Positions 1 to 9,535 are shown, counted from the stretch's first letter. The stretch: 32,000 nt of DNA from Candidatus Electrothrix sp. GW3-4 (GCF_037902255.1 NZ_CP147990.1:3990001-4022000), one strand, 5' to 3'. Made by a program: numbers and translations. The notes: generated by a model not told the origin, from the sequence alone.

Positions 1-223
1 TTGGCGTCTGTATTCTCAACAGATCACTCTCATCGGGTTTAATCGGGTTGGTGTTTGTGAAATATATCGTTACTGTTTAAAAAAATACTTTCCTCATGTC
101 AATAATCATCGGGCAATAATTATCGTGCTCAACTGCCCAGCAATACTTTGCGTCTTGTCCTGTCCCCTCCTTTCTGGTATGACTGCATAATAAAGTCCAT
201 TTTATCTCATTTTTTATAGGATA

Positions 224-1048
224 ATGAAAAAAAGAACCCTGCCGCCTGCCCTCTCTCCTGGATATGGCCTGATCGACTCACATTGTCATCTTGACATGGA
301 AGCCTGTCAGGATGATATTGAAGATATTATTCGTTGCGCCGAACAAGGGCAGGTGCATACAATCATCACCATCGGCATTGACCTTGCCAGCTCTCAACGG
401 GCCGTTGAACTCGCCGATACCTATCCCGGAGTCTATGCCTCTGTTGGTATTCACCCACACGATGCAGAAGAAGGGGATGATATCGTTTATCAACAGCTGA
501 AAGAATTGGCCACCTCTGAAAAGGTGGTCGCCTACGGAGAGATAGGCCTTGATTATGCCAAGCAATATGCACCTGTGGAACGCCAGCGCTTGGAATTCGC
601 CCGCCAACTCGCACTTGCCAAGGAATTAGACCTGCCGATCATCATTCATGACCGGGAGGCCCATGAAGACACCGTACAGATCATCAGGGAACATGGACCA
701 TTCCCAGCAGGCGGTGTGATGCATTGTTTTTCTGGAGACACGGCCTTTGCCCATCAGGTACTCGATCTAGGCTTACATATTTCTATACCCGGTATCGTCA
801 CCTTTAACAAGGCCTCGGAGCTCCAAAAGGTTGCCCAGAAAATCCCCTTAGATCGAATGCTGCTGGAGACTGACGCTCCTTTCCTCACCCCTGCCCCTTT
901 TCGAGGCAAGCCGAATCGCCCTGAATATCTTCTCTACACGGCTGCAAAGGTGGCAACGTTGCGAGGCATTTCAATCGATGAGGTTGCTCAACAGACCTCG
1001 CAGAATACCAAGCAGCTCTTTTCCTTACCCGATCAAGAGGGCGAGTAA
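224..1048 (+). CDS. tatD: TatD family metal-dependent hydrolase (DNase)
   Basis: 274-aa ORF. It has the N-terminal DSHCHLD metal-ligand motif, then HDREAH and ETDAPFLTP, typical of TatD/YcfH hydrolases. Its stop shares one base with the next start (TAATG at 1046-1050). Confidence 0.88.
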   Translation: MKKRTLPPALSPGYGLIDSHCHLDMEACQDDIEDIIRCAEQGQVHTIITIGIDLASSQRAVELADTYPGVYASVGIHPHDAEEGDDIVYQQLKELATSEKVVAYGEIGLDYAKQYAPVERQRLEFARQLALAKELDLPIIIHDREAHEDTVQIIREHGPFPAGGVMHCFSGDTAFAHQVLDLGLHISIPGIVTFNKASELQKVAQKIPLDRMLLETDAPFLTPAPFRGKPNRPEYLLYTAAKVATLRGISIDEVAQQTSQNTKQLFSLPDQEGE

Positions 1049-1737
1049 TGATCTGTGCCAATCTGGAACGAATACGATCGATTATTCAAAAAACAGCCAG
1101 AGACTGTGGGAGAGATCCTCAGGAGATCAAGCTCGTTGCTGTCTCAAAACGTATGCCCGCCGAGATGATCGCAGCAGCGCATCAATGCGAGCAAATGCTG
1201 TTCGGGGAAAACTATCTTCAAGATGCTGCAGCAAAAATCAGCCAGTTACCTTCTTCCCTACGCTGGCATTTTATCGGCCATTTGCAGAGCAATAAGGCGA
1301 AAACGGCTGCTGAGCTCTTTCAGATGATAGAGACGGTTGATCGACCAAAAATTGCCCAAGCTCTGGATCGTCAGGCAGGTTTCTTCCAGAAAAAGCTTGA
1401 TATCCTGATCCAGGTGAATGTAGGAAGGGAACCGCAAAAATCCGGGGTACTCCCCGAAGATGCAAGCGATCTCCTCCGAGCTATGCAGCCCCTGACAAAC
1501 CTGCGCGTACGCGGATTAATGACCATGCCTCCCTACGGACGCGAGGCCGAGGCAAGCCGTCCATGGTTTCAAGCCTTGAAAAAATTATCTGTGGAACTTG
1601 CAGGTACAAACAGTTTTTATGACAATAAGGCTGTTGAGCTTTCTATGGGTATGTCAGGTGACTTCAAAGTTGCCATTGAGGAAGGCGCAACCTTGGTTCG
1701 AGTTGGCACGGCGATCTTTGGCGAAAGGCCGCGGTAA
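1048..1737 (+). CDS. yggS: YggS family pyridoxal-phosphate-binding (PLP homeostasis) protein
   Basis: 229 aa. YggS/PROSC pattern: KLVAVSKRMP (PLP lysine), HFIGHLQSNK, LSMGMSGDF, RVGTAIFG. Translationally coupled to tatD. Confidence 0.9.
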   Translation: MICANLERIRSIIQKTARDCGRDPQEIKLVAVSKRMPAEMIAAAHQCEQMLFGENYLQDAAAKISQLPSSLRWHFIGHLQSNKAKTAAELFQMIETVDRPKIAQALDRQAGFFQKKLDILIQVNVGREPQKSGVLPEDASDLLRAMQPLTNLRVRGLMTMPPYGREAEASRPWFQALKKLSVELAGTNSFYDNKAVELSMGMSGDFKVAIEEGATLVRVGTAIFGERPR

Positions 1738-1780
1738 TAAACGACCTTACGCCAAAGATCAGCGCATGGGGCCATGTCCT

Positions 1781-1836
1781 CCTTCCCTCATAGAAGAAAG
1801 CCTATGAGGGAAGGCCCATTATGAGAATTTTTTTTT
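1781..1836 (+). terminator. Terminator-like hairpin plus T9 tract downstream of yggS
   Basis: Perfect 13-bp inverted repeat: ccttccctcatag (1781-1793) and ctatgagggaagg (1802-1814), with an 8-nt loop. A T9 run lies at 1828-1836. The T tract is 13 nt from the stem, so this is not a textbook intrinsic terminator. Confidence 0.45.
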
Positions 1837-1882
1837 CAGCTCTCACGCTATATTTTCAAATTACCCAAAGAAAGGAAAAATA

Positions 1883-3193
1883 ATGAAGATAGCAATGATT
1901 GGAACAGGTTATGTTGGATTAGTGACCGGAACCTGCTTTGCCGAGTTCGGCCATCACGTTACCTGCGTCGATAAACTTGAGGAGAAGATCCAGACCCTCA
2001 AGGCAGGGGACATCCCTATTTATGAACCAGGGCTGGATACTATGGTGACAAAAAATGCTCGTGAAGGACGCCTCCGGTTTACCACGGATTTAGCAGACGC
2101 TGTCCCTGATGCAGAGGCGATTTTTATCGCCGTGGGGACTCCAACCTCCCGAAGAGGTGACGGATACGCCGACCTGACCTATATCTACGCAGCAGCCAAG
2201 GAAATTGCTGAACACCTTGAAGGCTACACCGTTATTGTCGACAAGAGCACTGTACCCGTCGGAACTGCCCGTCAAGTAGCCAGAATAATCAAAGAAACAA
2301 ACCCGGAAGCGGATTTCGATGTGGCTTCAAACCCTGAATTTCTCCGAGAGGGTGCGGCCATTGCCGATTTCATGCATCCAGACAGAGTCGTTATTGGGAT
2401 TGAGTCAGAACGTTCTGAGCAGGTATTGCGGGAGATATATCAGCCCCTGTATCTGCGTGACACACCCATTGTCAGCACCACCATAGAGACAGCAGAACTC
2501 ACAAAATATGCGGCGAATGCCTTTCTTGCCGTGAAGATAAGCTTCATTAACGAAATAGCTTCTGTCTGCGAGGCCGTAGATGCAAATGTCATAGATCTTG
2601 CTAAGGGAATCGGTATGGATGGCAGGATCGGCAGCAAGTTCCTCCACCCCGGTCCCGGCTATGGCGGATCCTGCTTTCCCAAGGATACCCTGGCTCTGAT
2701 GCGCCTTGTTCAAGAGTATGGCGAGAGCCTGCGTATTGTTGAGGCGGCTGTGGAGGTCAATGCAGCGCAAAAGGCACGAATGGTCAAGAAAATCAGAGAT
2801 GCCCTTGGTGGCTCAGAAGCGGGAAAAACGCTCGCCGTCCTTGGCCTTACCTTTAAGCCTGAAACCGATGACATGCGCGATGCACCGGTTCTGAGCATCC
2901 TGCCTGCCCTGCTGGAAAAAGGAGCAAAGATAAAAGCCCATGACCCAAAAGGAGTCGAAGAGGCGAAAAAATATCTTCCAGAAGGTATCGACTATATGGA
3001 TGACACGTACGAAACCTGTGCAGGAGCAGACGCTGTCATACTGATGACAGAATGGAATCAATACAGGGCCTTGGACCTCGAGAAATTGAAAGTAAAAATG
3101 AAGACGCCGATCTTTATAGATCTACGTAATGTGTATGACCCAACGAGTCTAAAAAATTCGGGCTTCAGTTACGTCGGCGTAGGAAGGAAATAA
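1883..3193 (+). CDS. ugd: UDP-glucose 6-dehydrogenase
   Basis: 436 aa. N-terminal Rossmann motif MKIAMIGTGYVGLVTG, catalytic-Cys motif GGSCFPKD, and a C-terminal UDP-binding domain (LGLTFKPETDDMRDAP). AGGA ribosome-binding site upstream. Confidence 0.93.
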   Translation: MKIAMIGTGYVGLVTGTCFAEFGHHVTCVDKLEEKIQTLKAGDIPIYEPGLDTMVTKNAREGRLRFTTDLADAVPDAEAIFIAVGTPTSRRGDGYADLTYIYAAAKEIAEHLEGYTVIVDKSTVPVGTARQVARIIKETNPEADFDVASNPEFLREGAAIADFMHPDRVVIGIESERSEQVLREIYQPLYLRDTPIVSTTIETAELTKYAANAFLAVKISFINEIASVCEAVDANVIDLAKGIGMDGRIGSKFLHPGPGYGGSCFPKDTLALMRLVQEYGESLRIVEAAVEVNAAQKARMVKKIRDALGGSEAGKTLAVLGLTFKPETDDMRDAPVLSILPALLEKGAKIKAHDPKGVEEAKKYLPEGIDYMDDTYETCAGADAVILMTEWNQYRALDLEKLKVKMKTPIFIDLRNVYDPTSLKNSGFSYVGVGRK

Positions 3194-3293
3194 GCCTACC
3201 GGTCCATCCGTCAGCTGTCGGCAAGATCCTCAAGATCAAAGAGGCCGACAGCCGACGATCGGTCGACCGGAAGAAGCGAAGAAAAAAATCTTT

Positions 3294-3548
3294 TTATTTT
3301 CCTCTTCGCTTAGAATTTGCCCGTTTTGCTGCCTTCAGCGGGTTAACTCGTACCGTGACCACCTCGATTTCCGGTTTTGCATGGGTGGCAAAATTACATA
3401 TACCCAGCCGCCATTTAGCTGCTGGATTAACGTATGTTTTACAATACTGACTGCTGTTTTCTTTAACGATACGATCACAACCATCGCATTTCTCTATAAT
3501 CGGCTGAAAGGGACCATCGCTATAATTTACGGCTTTACTGGTCTGCAT
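3294..3548 (-). CDS. PxxKW family cysteine-rich small protein
   Basis: 84 aa. Strong GGAGG RBS 9 nt upstream of the ATG. Contains a CDGC pair plus two further Cys, the signature P-A-A-K-W (PxxKW), and a basic C-terminal tail. The family name is recalled from memory, not searched. Confidence 0.7.
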   Translation of the reverse strand: MQTSKAVNYSDGPFQPIIEKCDGCDRIVKENSSQYCKTYVNPAAKWRLGICNFATHAKPEIEVVTVRVNPLKAAKRANSKRRGK

Positions 3549-3734
3549 TTTGCGAACCTCCTGAAAAAATATAATATTTCTCTTGAATCAGAAAAAAAAC
3601 TTACATACAATAAGAATAAAATGTACTATCCAATTTTAGCCTAAAAATATCACTTTATAAAGGCTATCAACGGAACTGTCAACAAATTATCCGATCTATC
3701 CTGCATTCACATAAATATTTCTGGAGCTTGAATT

Positions 3735-4940
3735 ATGCCTGTCTACGTTTGGAAAGGAACAAATACACTGGGCAATAAAATTAAGGGTGAGATTGAGGCG
3801 GGCAATGAAGCTGCTGTTCTTGGCCAGCTCAAACGTTTACGCATCCAAAACCCAACAGTGAAAGAAAAACCCAAGGATTTATTTGCTAACGTTCCGTTTT
3901 TGCAACCAAAGGTCACAGGAAAGGACATCGTTGTCTTTACTCGCCAGATGTCCACCATGATTGACGCTGGACTTCCCCTGGTACAAAGCCTGCAAATTCT
4001 CTCTAAACAGCAGGAGAATCCGAGCTTTAAACGCGCTCTCCTTGAGATTGTCAATGATGTGGAAACAGGGACAACCCTTGCCGACGGCATGCGTAAGCAT
4101 CCGAAATGTTTTGACCCCCTTTTTGCGAACATGATTGAGGCAGGCGAGATTGGTGGTATTCTGGATACTATCTTAAGTCGACTGGCGGACTTCAAGGAAA
4201 AATCCATGGCCCTGCAGAAAAAAATCAAGGGCGCCATGACCTATCCGGTAATATGCCTTGGCATTGCTGTCCTTATCCTCGCGGTTATCCTGATCTTTGT
4301 TATCCCGGTTTTCCAGGAAATGTTTGCCAGTATGGGTGGCGCCCTCCCTGGACCAACCCAGCTTGTTGTTGATATGAGTGAATTTGCCAAGTCCAATTTT
4401 CTCTACATGATTATGGCCGTCTTTGCGATGGTCTTTGCCTTTAAAAAGATCTATGCCACTGAAAAGGGCAAGCTCAAAATAGACGGTATGCTTCTCCATG
4501 CCCCGGTAGCAGGAGTACTGATCCGCAAGGTCGCTGTAGCCAAGTTTACCCGAACCCTCAGTACCATGCTGGAGAGTGGTGTCCCTATCCTTGATGCCTT
4601 GCAGGTTGTGGCGAAAACAGCAGGTAACAAGGTCATTGAGCAGGCTGTTTTTCATGTGGCTGATTCTATCGCTGAAGGTCGACCAATTGCCGAGCCACTG
4701 GAAGAATCCGGCGTATTTCCCAACATGGTTGTTCAGATGATCAATGTTGGTGAGTCGGTCGGTGCGCTTGACGCGATGCTGGAAAAAATCGCTGATTTTT
4801 ATGATGAAGAGGTTGATCAGGCAGTAGAGAACCTTACCGCTATGATTGAGCCCTTCATGATGGTTTTCTTAGGTGGCACAATCGGTGGTTTAGTTGTGGC
4901 CATGTATCTTCCTATTTTTACAATGGCCGATTCGCTCTAA
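3735..4940 (+). CDS. pilC: Type IV pilus / type II secretion platform protein (GspF/PilC family)
   Basis: 401 aa. Internally duplicated GspF domain (FTRQMSTMIDAGLPL and FTRTLSTMLESGVPI), three hydrophobic TM segments, GGAG RBS. Confidence 0.88.
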   Translation: MPVYVWKGTNTLGNKIKGEIEAGNEAAVLGQLKRLRIQNPTVKEKPKDLFANVPFLQPKVTGKDIVVFTRQMSTMIDAGLPLVQSLQILSKQQENPSFKRALLEIVNDVETGTTLADGMRKHPKCFDPLFANMIEAGEIGGILDTILSRLADFKEKSMALQKKIKGAMTYPVICLGIAVLILAVILIFVIPVFQEMFASMGGALPGPTQLVVDMSEFAKSNFLYMIMAVFAMVFAFKKIYATEKGKLKIDGMLLHAPVAGVLIRKVAVAKFTRTLSTMLESGVPILDALQVVAKTAGNKVIEQAVFHVADSIAEGRPIAEPLEESGVFPNMVVQMINVGESVGALDAMLEKIADFYDEEVDQAVENLTAMIEPFMMVFLGGTIGGLVVAMYLPIFTMADSL

Positions 4941-5016
4941 TCTTCACCAAATCTTACCACCAAACAAGACAGCTTTAAAAAAAACATCATAGCTCCCCGT
5001 TACGACTTGATTATGA

Positions 5017-5044
5017 TTGACATGGCTGTCAGATTTCGTATCAT
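5017..5044 (+). promoter_or_regulatory. Sigma70-type promoter candidate for ihfA
   Basis: TTGACA (5017-5022), 16-nt spacer, TATCAT (5039-5044). Lies about 60 nt upstream of the ihfA ATG, which has a GGAGG RBS. Confidence 0.5.
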
Positions 5045-5102
5045 ATAATAGATTGAAAAGTCAAGAGAAGCACTCAATTGATACTGTGGAGGCACTATAA
5101 CA

Positions 5103-5387
5103 ATGACATTGACAAAAGCAAACCTCGTGCAAGAGGTTTATCAGCAGCATCCTGGGCTGACCAAGGCCCAGGCAACAGATTCCGTAGAAACGTTTATCAC
5201 GTTGGTTAAAGAGTCACTGATCAGCGGAGATGATCTTCTTCTGAGTGGGTTTGGCAAATTTAATGTCAAGGATAAACGCCCAAGAAGAGGACGTAATCCC
5301 CAAACAGGCGACGAGCTTATCCTGGATGCGAGAAGGGTAATCACCTTTAAGCCTTCTGGTATTCTCCGAAACAAGATCAACGGATAA
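5103..5387 (+). CDS. ihfA: Integration host factor alpha-like / HU family DNA-binding protein
   Basis: 94 aa. LTKA N-terminus, SGFGKF, and the beta-arm RRGRNPQTGDELILDARRVITFKPS typical of IHF-alpha. Confidence 0.82.
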   Translation: MTLTKANLVQEVYQQHPGLTKAQATDSVETFITLVKESLISGDDLLLSGFGKFNVKDKRPRRGRNPQTGDELILDARRVITFKPSGILRNKING

Positions 5388-5427
5388 TGTTGTTGACTCC
5401 TTTCGGTTGATCAAGTTGACCGATACT

Positions 5428-5476
5428 ACAAATCGGGACGTACTTTACTATACCTGTACCATCCCGATTTGTTTTC
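5428..5476 (+). terminator. Intrinsic terminator candidate after ihfA
   Basis: Inverted repeat acaaatcggga (5428-5438) and tcccgatttgt (5462-5472), extended by an inner cgtac/gtac pairing and followed by TTTTCT. Confidence 0.55.
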
Positions 5477-5511
5477 TATCCCCTCCCTTCTCTTTTTCCC
5501 CTTAGACAACA

Positions 5512-6504
5512 GTGAAAAACGCAATGCCCTGCTATCGTCAGGTGAGGCTTCAGGATATTCATCTGACTGACAGGACGTATACCCTCAATCCTTTTTCCCA
5601 AGAACCGGACGAAAGTTTATTACAAAGTATACGCAGCGTGGGGATACTCCACCCTCCACTTTTATTAGAAAAACAGGATGCTAGCTTTACTATACTCTCA
5701 GGGAGGAGACGGATAGCGGCCTACCTTCAAATATGCAACACCCAGGAGCAGAAAAAAGAGGAAGGCCATGACCATATCACAGCCCTTACCCTCACCCTAA
5801 GCAGAAACGGGGAAACACCGAAGAACCAGCACCACCTGTTGACGACCTTGTTACAGCATCAGCTGCTTGGCGGAAGCTTGACAGTCATTGAGCAGGCAGT
5901 CTTTTTCCAGAAAGCTATGCTGCTGGCCCTTGAGGAGCAGGACGTACTGGCCTTGCTTCCCCTGCTTGGCCTGAAAGCGAAGCCGCACATCCCCAAAGAG
6001 CTTCTCGCCCTGCTTGACTTGGCCCCGACTGTTCAGCTGGGCTTACATAAAGGGATTATTGCACAACGATCAGGAAAAAAACTTTCTCGTTTTTCACCGG
6101 AGGATCAAGAACTACTCGCTCAAGTCATTGATGAATATCAGCTTGGCGGCTCAAAACAGCAAAAGGTGATAGATCGCTTTGTTCAACTGACTCAACGTGA
6201 GAAGCTCCCGATCCAAGTGCTGCTTACTCGTTGGCGGAAAGGAGAAAAAGATAAACAGCTGAATGGGCCACAACGAACAAATTCTCTTTTGCGTTGGCTT
6301 GATCGAGAATGTCAACCAAGGCTTACCCAAGCTGAGGATGAATTTAGGCGATTCTGCTGTCAGCTCCAGTTGCCTGCTGGAGTCCGACTTGATCACAGTC
6401 TGTCCTTTGAAGAGGAGCAGATAACATTGAGCTTGGATTTCAGGGGGAAAGAAGAGTTGATCAGGATTTGGCCGCAGTTAGAGGCTCTGCTCAGGCAGGA
6501 GTAA
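5512..6504 (+). CDS. ParB N-terminal (ParB/Srx-like) domain protein, function unknown
   Basis: 330 aa with a GTG start; an alternative ATG lies at 5524. LLQSIRSVGILHPPLLLEKQDASFTILSGRRRIAAY matches the ParB box with the GxRR arginine patch. The rest has no motif I recognise. No clear RBS. Confidence 0.6.
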   Translation: MKNAMPCYRQVRLQDIHLTDRTYTLNPFSQEPDESLLQSIRSVGILHPPLLLEKQDASFTILSGRRRIAAYLQICNTQEQKKEEGHDHITALTLTLSRNGETPKNQHHLLTTLLQHQLLGGSLTVIEQAVFFQKAMLLALEEQDVLALLPLLGLKAKPHIPKELLALLDLAPTVQLGLHKGIIAQRSGKKLSRFSPEDQELLAQVIDEYQLGGSKQQKVIDRFVQLTQREKLPIQVLLTRWRKGEKDKQLNGPQRTNSLLRWLDRECQPRLTQAEDEFRRFCCQLQLPAGVRLDHSLSFEEEQITLSLDFRGKEELIRIWPQLEALLRQE

Positions 6505-6548
6505 AAGGAGATAACCATATTATCCCCGTTAGTAAAGCTCAACGGATT

Positions 6549-7650
6549 TCAGTGCAGCAGGCCCTGCAGCAAGATGTCTCGGCCAACGCTTTCTGTTGTT
6601 TGTTGTCTCAAAAGAAGCGGAACCTCTTCTTCTCCAATGCTATAGCCGCTAAGCACTGATGTGCCCAGCTCTCCGATGAAGTACGGCGCTGTAAAGAGAT
6701 AGACTTGATCCACCAGGCTTTTCTTGAGAAATGAACCATGGACAGCAGCCCCTCCTTCCACCAAGACAGAGGTAATATCGGCCTGCCCTAACCGGCGCAG
6801 GACCTGAGCAAGATCAAGCCCGCCATTTTGATCTCTATCTCCTCTGTAAATGATTGCCCCGGCCTGTTCCAGCTCCTTCTGTTTTTGCTCAGAGGCTTCG
6901 TGATCACAGAATATCCAGGTTGCTGCTGATGATTGCTGGGTCAGCATGCGGGCATCCGAAGGGAGCCGAAGTTGGCTATCCAAGATTACCCGGAGGGGGT
7001 CGCGCCCGCTCCCTTGCGCCAGCCGGGTAGTCAATGAAGGATCATCAATAAGGGCCGTGCCACTGCCTATAAGGAGAGCATCCAACTGATTCCGTAGTTG
7101 ATGCACTTTTTTCTTCGAGTCCGGTCCAGTGATGGCCCCGCCTTTCCCCTGTCTGCGGTTGATTTTTCCGTCCAGGCTCATGCCCGCCTTCATCACAACC
7201 CAGGGAAGACCAGTGGCAGAATGTTTGAGAAAGGGGTAATTAAGCTGTCGGCACTCCTGCTCAAGAACCCCCAACTTTACTAAAATGCCTTGAGATTGGA
7301 GAAAATCAGCACCTCCTGAGGCAACAGGATTGGAATCGGCCATCCCGATGACCACCCGACTGAGCCCTGCGGTGAGGATAGCCTGAGTACAGGGGGGTCT
7401 TTCCAGTATGATTGCAGGGTTCCAGAGTCACATAGATGGTCGCCCCTTGACAGCTCTTGCCCTTGCCAAGGGCATCTGCAATGGCGTTGACCTCGGCATG
7501 CGGGCTACCTGCCCGTCGATGATGACCCAGCCCTATGATCTGATCATCTCTGACAATGACGGCCCCAACGCAGGGATTAGGAGCTGTTCGCCCTAATCCC
7601 TTTTCCGCCTCCTTAAGGGCGAGACGCATGTATGCGCTATCAGAGCTCAT
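6549..7650 (-). pseudogene. ribD: Bifunctional riboflavin biosynthesis protein RibD (deaminase/reductase), interrupted by a frameshift
   Basis: Two ORFs, 7306-7650 and 6549-7355. The first carries the deaminase motifs HAEVNAI and LEPCNHTGKTP. The second carries VIGMADSNPVASGG followed by the reductase domain. Reading through the C6 run (G6 on plus strand, 7392-7397) with one C fewer gives TPCTQAILTAGLSRVVIGMAD, joining the two halves. Confidence 0.85.
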
Positions 7651-7669
7651 AGCCTAAAACATGACTAGC

Positions 7670-8128
7670 TTAGTGCTGGTTACCCAGAAAATGTTTGAGC
7701 TCATCCATAAACTCATTCACACCCTTGAACTGCCGATATACTGAAGCGAAACGGACATAGGCGACTTCATCCAGTTGGGGAAGTGTTTCCATGACCCACT
7801 CACCTAACTGAGAAGTAAAAATTTCTTTTCCGCCAGCATCTTGGAGCCTGTGCTCAATTCCGTCCACAAAACGGTCAATATCCTCCAAGCTCACTGGCCG
7901 TTTCTCGCAGGCCTTCTCCAAGCCAACAATCATCTTACCTCTATCCCATGCCTCGCGACGCCCATCTTTTTTCACCAGCATGGGCAGCATCATTTCAATA
8001 CGCTCATAGGTGGTGAAGCGCTGATTACAGGCCTCACAATGACGCCGTCTCCTGGTGATGGTTTTGTCCTTGTTCAGGCGGGAGTCAATGACCCGGTTGT
8101 CCAGCTGACCGCAATAGGGACATTTCAT
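7670..8128 (-). CDS. nrdR: Transcriptional repressor NrdR
   Basis: 152 aa. N-terminal zinc ribbon MKCPYCG...CEAC followed by an ATP-cone. Lies 19 nt upstream of ribD, a common pairing. Confidence 0.95.
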   Translation of the reverse strand: MKCPYCGQLDNRVIDSRLNKDKTITRRRRHCEACNQRFTTYERIEMMLPMLVKKDGRREAWDRGKMIVGLEKACEKRPVSLEDIDRFVDGIEHRLQDAGGKEIFTSQLGEWVMETLPQLDEVAYVRFASVYRQFKGVNEFMDELKHFLGNQH

Positions 8129-8179
8129 AGCTTGTGCAGAGTGGTTAGAAGAAAAGAGCGTGCCAGCGGCCCCACGCTG

Positions 8180-9433
8180 TTAGAGCGAATCGTCCCGGGT
8201 AATCTCCGGGTACAGAGGAACACGCTCACAAAGTCTCCGCACTTCCTGGCGTACCTGAGCTGCCTCCAATTCATCCGAGGTAAGCACACGATTAATCCAG
8301 TCGCCGATCATCACCATCTCAGGTTCTTTCAGGCCCCTAGTAGTAACCGATGGGGTGCCAATTCTGATGCCGCTGGTCACAAAACGGGATTGGGTATCAA
8401 AAGGAATAGCATTCTTATTCACTGTCAGGCCTGCGAGCTCCAGGCGTTCTTCAGCGTCTTTACCGGTAAGGTTCTTACTACTGAGGTCAATAAGAAGGAG
8501 ATGGTTATCTGTTCCACCAGATACGATACGGAAACCGTGTTCGGCCAAGCGGGCCGCCAAGGTAGCGGCATTGATCACAACCTGCTTCTGATATTGGCGG
8601 TACCCCTCAGTCATTGCCTCTTTAAAACTCACTGCCTTGGCAGCAATCACATGCACAAGCGGTCCACCCTGGATTCCTGGGAAGATATTAGAATCCAAGG
8701 CCTTGGCAAATTTTTTCTTGGCCAGGATCAAACCACCTCGCGGCCCACGTAGGGTCTTATGGGTCGTAGTGGTGACAAAATCGGCATAGGGGATCGGTGA
8801 AGGATGTACACCAGCAGCCACTAAACCAGCAATATGGGCCATATCCACCATGAAGAGCGCACCGATCTGATCCGCTATATGACGAAATCCCTCAAAATCA
8901 ATAACACGGGGATAGGCACTTGCTCCGGCCACAATCATCTTGGGTCGATTTTCAAAGGCGATGCGTTCTACTTCCGCCATATCAATGGTCTCTGTATCCC
9001 GCTTAACGCCATAAGAGATAAAATTAAACAGCTTGCCGGAAAAAGAGACGGTGGCTCCGTGGGTCAGGTGTCCACCATGCGCCAAGTCCATACCCAGGAC
9101 CTTGTCACCAGGCTTCAGGGTGGCAAAGTAAACGGCCATATTGGCCTGGCTTCCAGAGTGCGGTTGAACGTTGGCGTATTCGGCGTTGAACAGTTCCTTA
9201 GCGCGCTCACAGGCGAGAGTTTCTACAACATCGGCATGGTCACAGCCGCCATAATAACGTCTGTTGGGATAACCTTCTGCATATTTATTGGTAAAAATGG
9301 AGCCTTGAGCCTCCAGCACAGCCGGAGAAACAATATTCTCTGAAGCGATCAATTCCAGCTGATTGGCCTGACGCTCAAGTTCATATTGAATCTGTCCATA
9401 GATATCCGGGTCTGTCTCTTTTAGCGTTGCCAT
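8180..9433 (-). CDS. glyA: Serine hydroxymethyltransferase
   Basis: 417 aa. PLP-lysine motif [14 protein letters not shown] and overall SHMT pattern ([12 protein letters not shown]). Confidence 0.97.
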   Translation of the reverse strand: MATLKETDPDIYGQIQYELERQANQLELIASENIVSPAVLEAQGSIFTNKYAEGYPNRRYYGGCDHADVVETLACERAKELFNAEYANVQPHSGSQANMAVYFATLKPGDKVLGMDLAHGGHLTHGATVSFSGKLFNFISYGVKRDTETIDMAEVERIAFENRPKMIVAGASAYPRVIDFEGFRHIADQIGALFMVDMAHIAGLVAAGVHPSPIPYADFVTTTTHKTLRGPRGGLILAKKKFAKALDSNIFPGIQGGPLVHVIAAKAVSFKEAMTEGYRQYQKQVVINAATLAARLAEHGFRIVSGGTDNHLLLIDLSSKNLTGKDAEERLELAGLTVNKNAIPFDTQSRFVTSGIRIGTPSVTTRGLKEPEMVMIGDWINRVLTSDELEAAQVRQEVRRLCERVPLYPEITRDDSL

Positions 9434-9535
9434 ACCTTTCGCCTAAAATATTTTATCGTTGTTTTAAAAAGAAAAAAACGGCAGTACCTTCAGGGCTGCT
9501 GCAAAATCTTGGTCAGAAAAGACAGCTGCCTTTCG

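Noticed and set aside
1-223. Possible 3' end of an upstream gene (frame-1 stop at 40-42), repeated ATCGGG motifs, and a weak promoter (TTGTCC-17-TATGAC) before tatD
   Set aside because: The window edge prevents any assignment, and the matches are too weak to report as features.
3214-3252. 9-bp inverted repeat gctgtcggc/gccgacagc in the convergent ugd/PxxKW gap
   Set aside because: The loop is 21 nt and no adjacent U tract lies on either strand. This is too weak to call a terminator.
3381-3644. 87-aa plus-strand ORF
   Set aside because: It is antisense to the PxxKW gene, which has a strong RBS and conserved signature. It extends into an AT-rich promoter region.
7651-7669. FMN riboswitch expected upstream of ribD
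   Set aside because: Only 19 nt separate nrdR and ribD, so there is no room for an RFN element. ribD is evidently co-transcribed with nrdR.
7841-8752. 303-aa plus-strand ORF
   Set aside because: It is entirely antisense to the well-supported nrdR and glyA genes. Its composition is low-complexity (R/G/P/L/H-rich) with no recognisable motifs. It is a typical shadow ORF.
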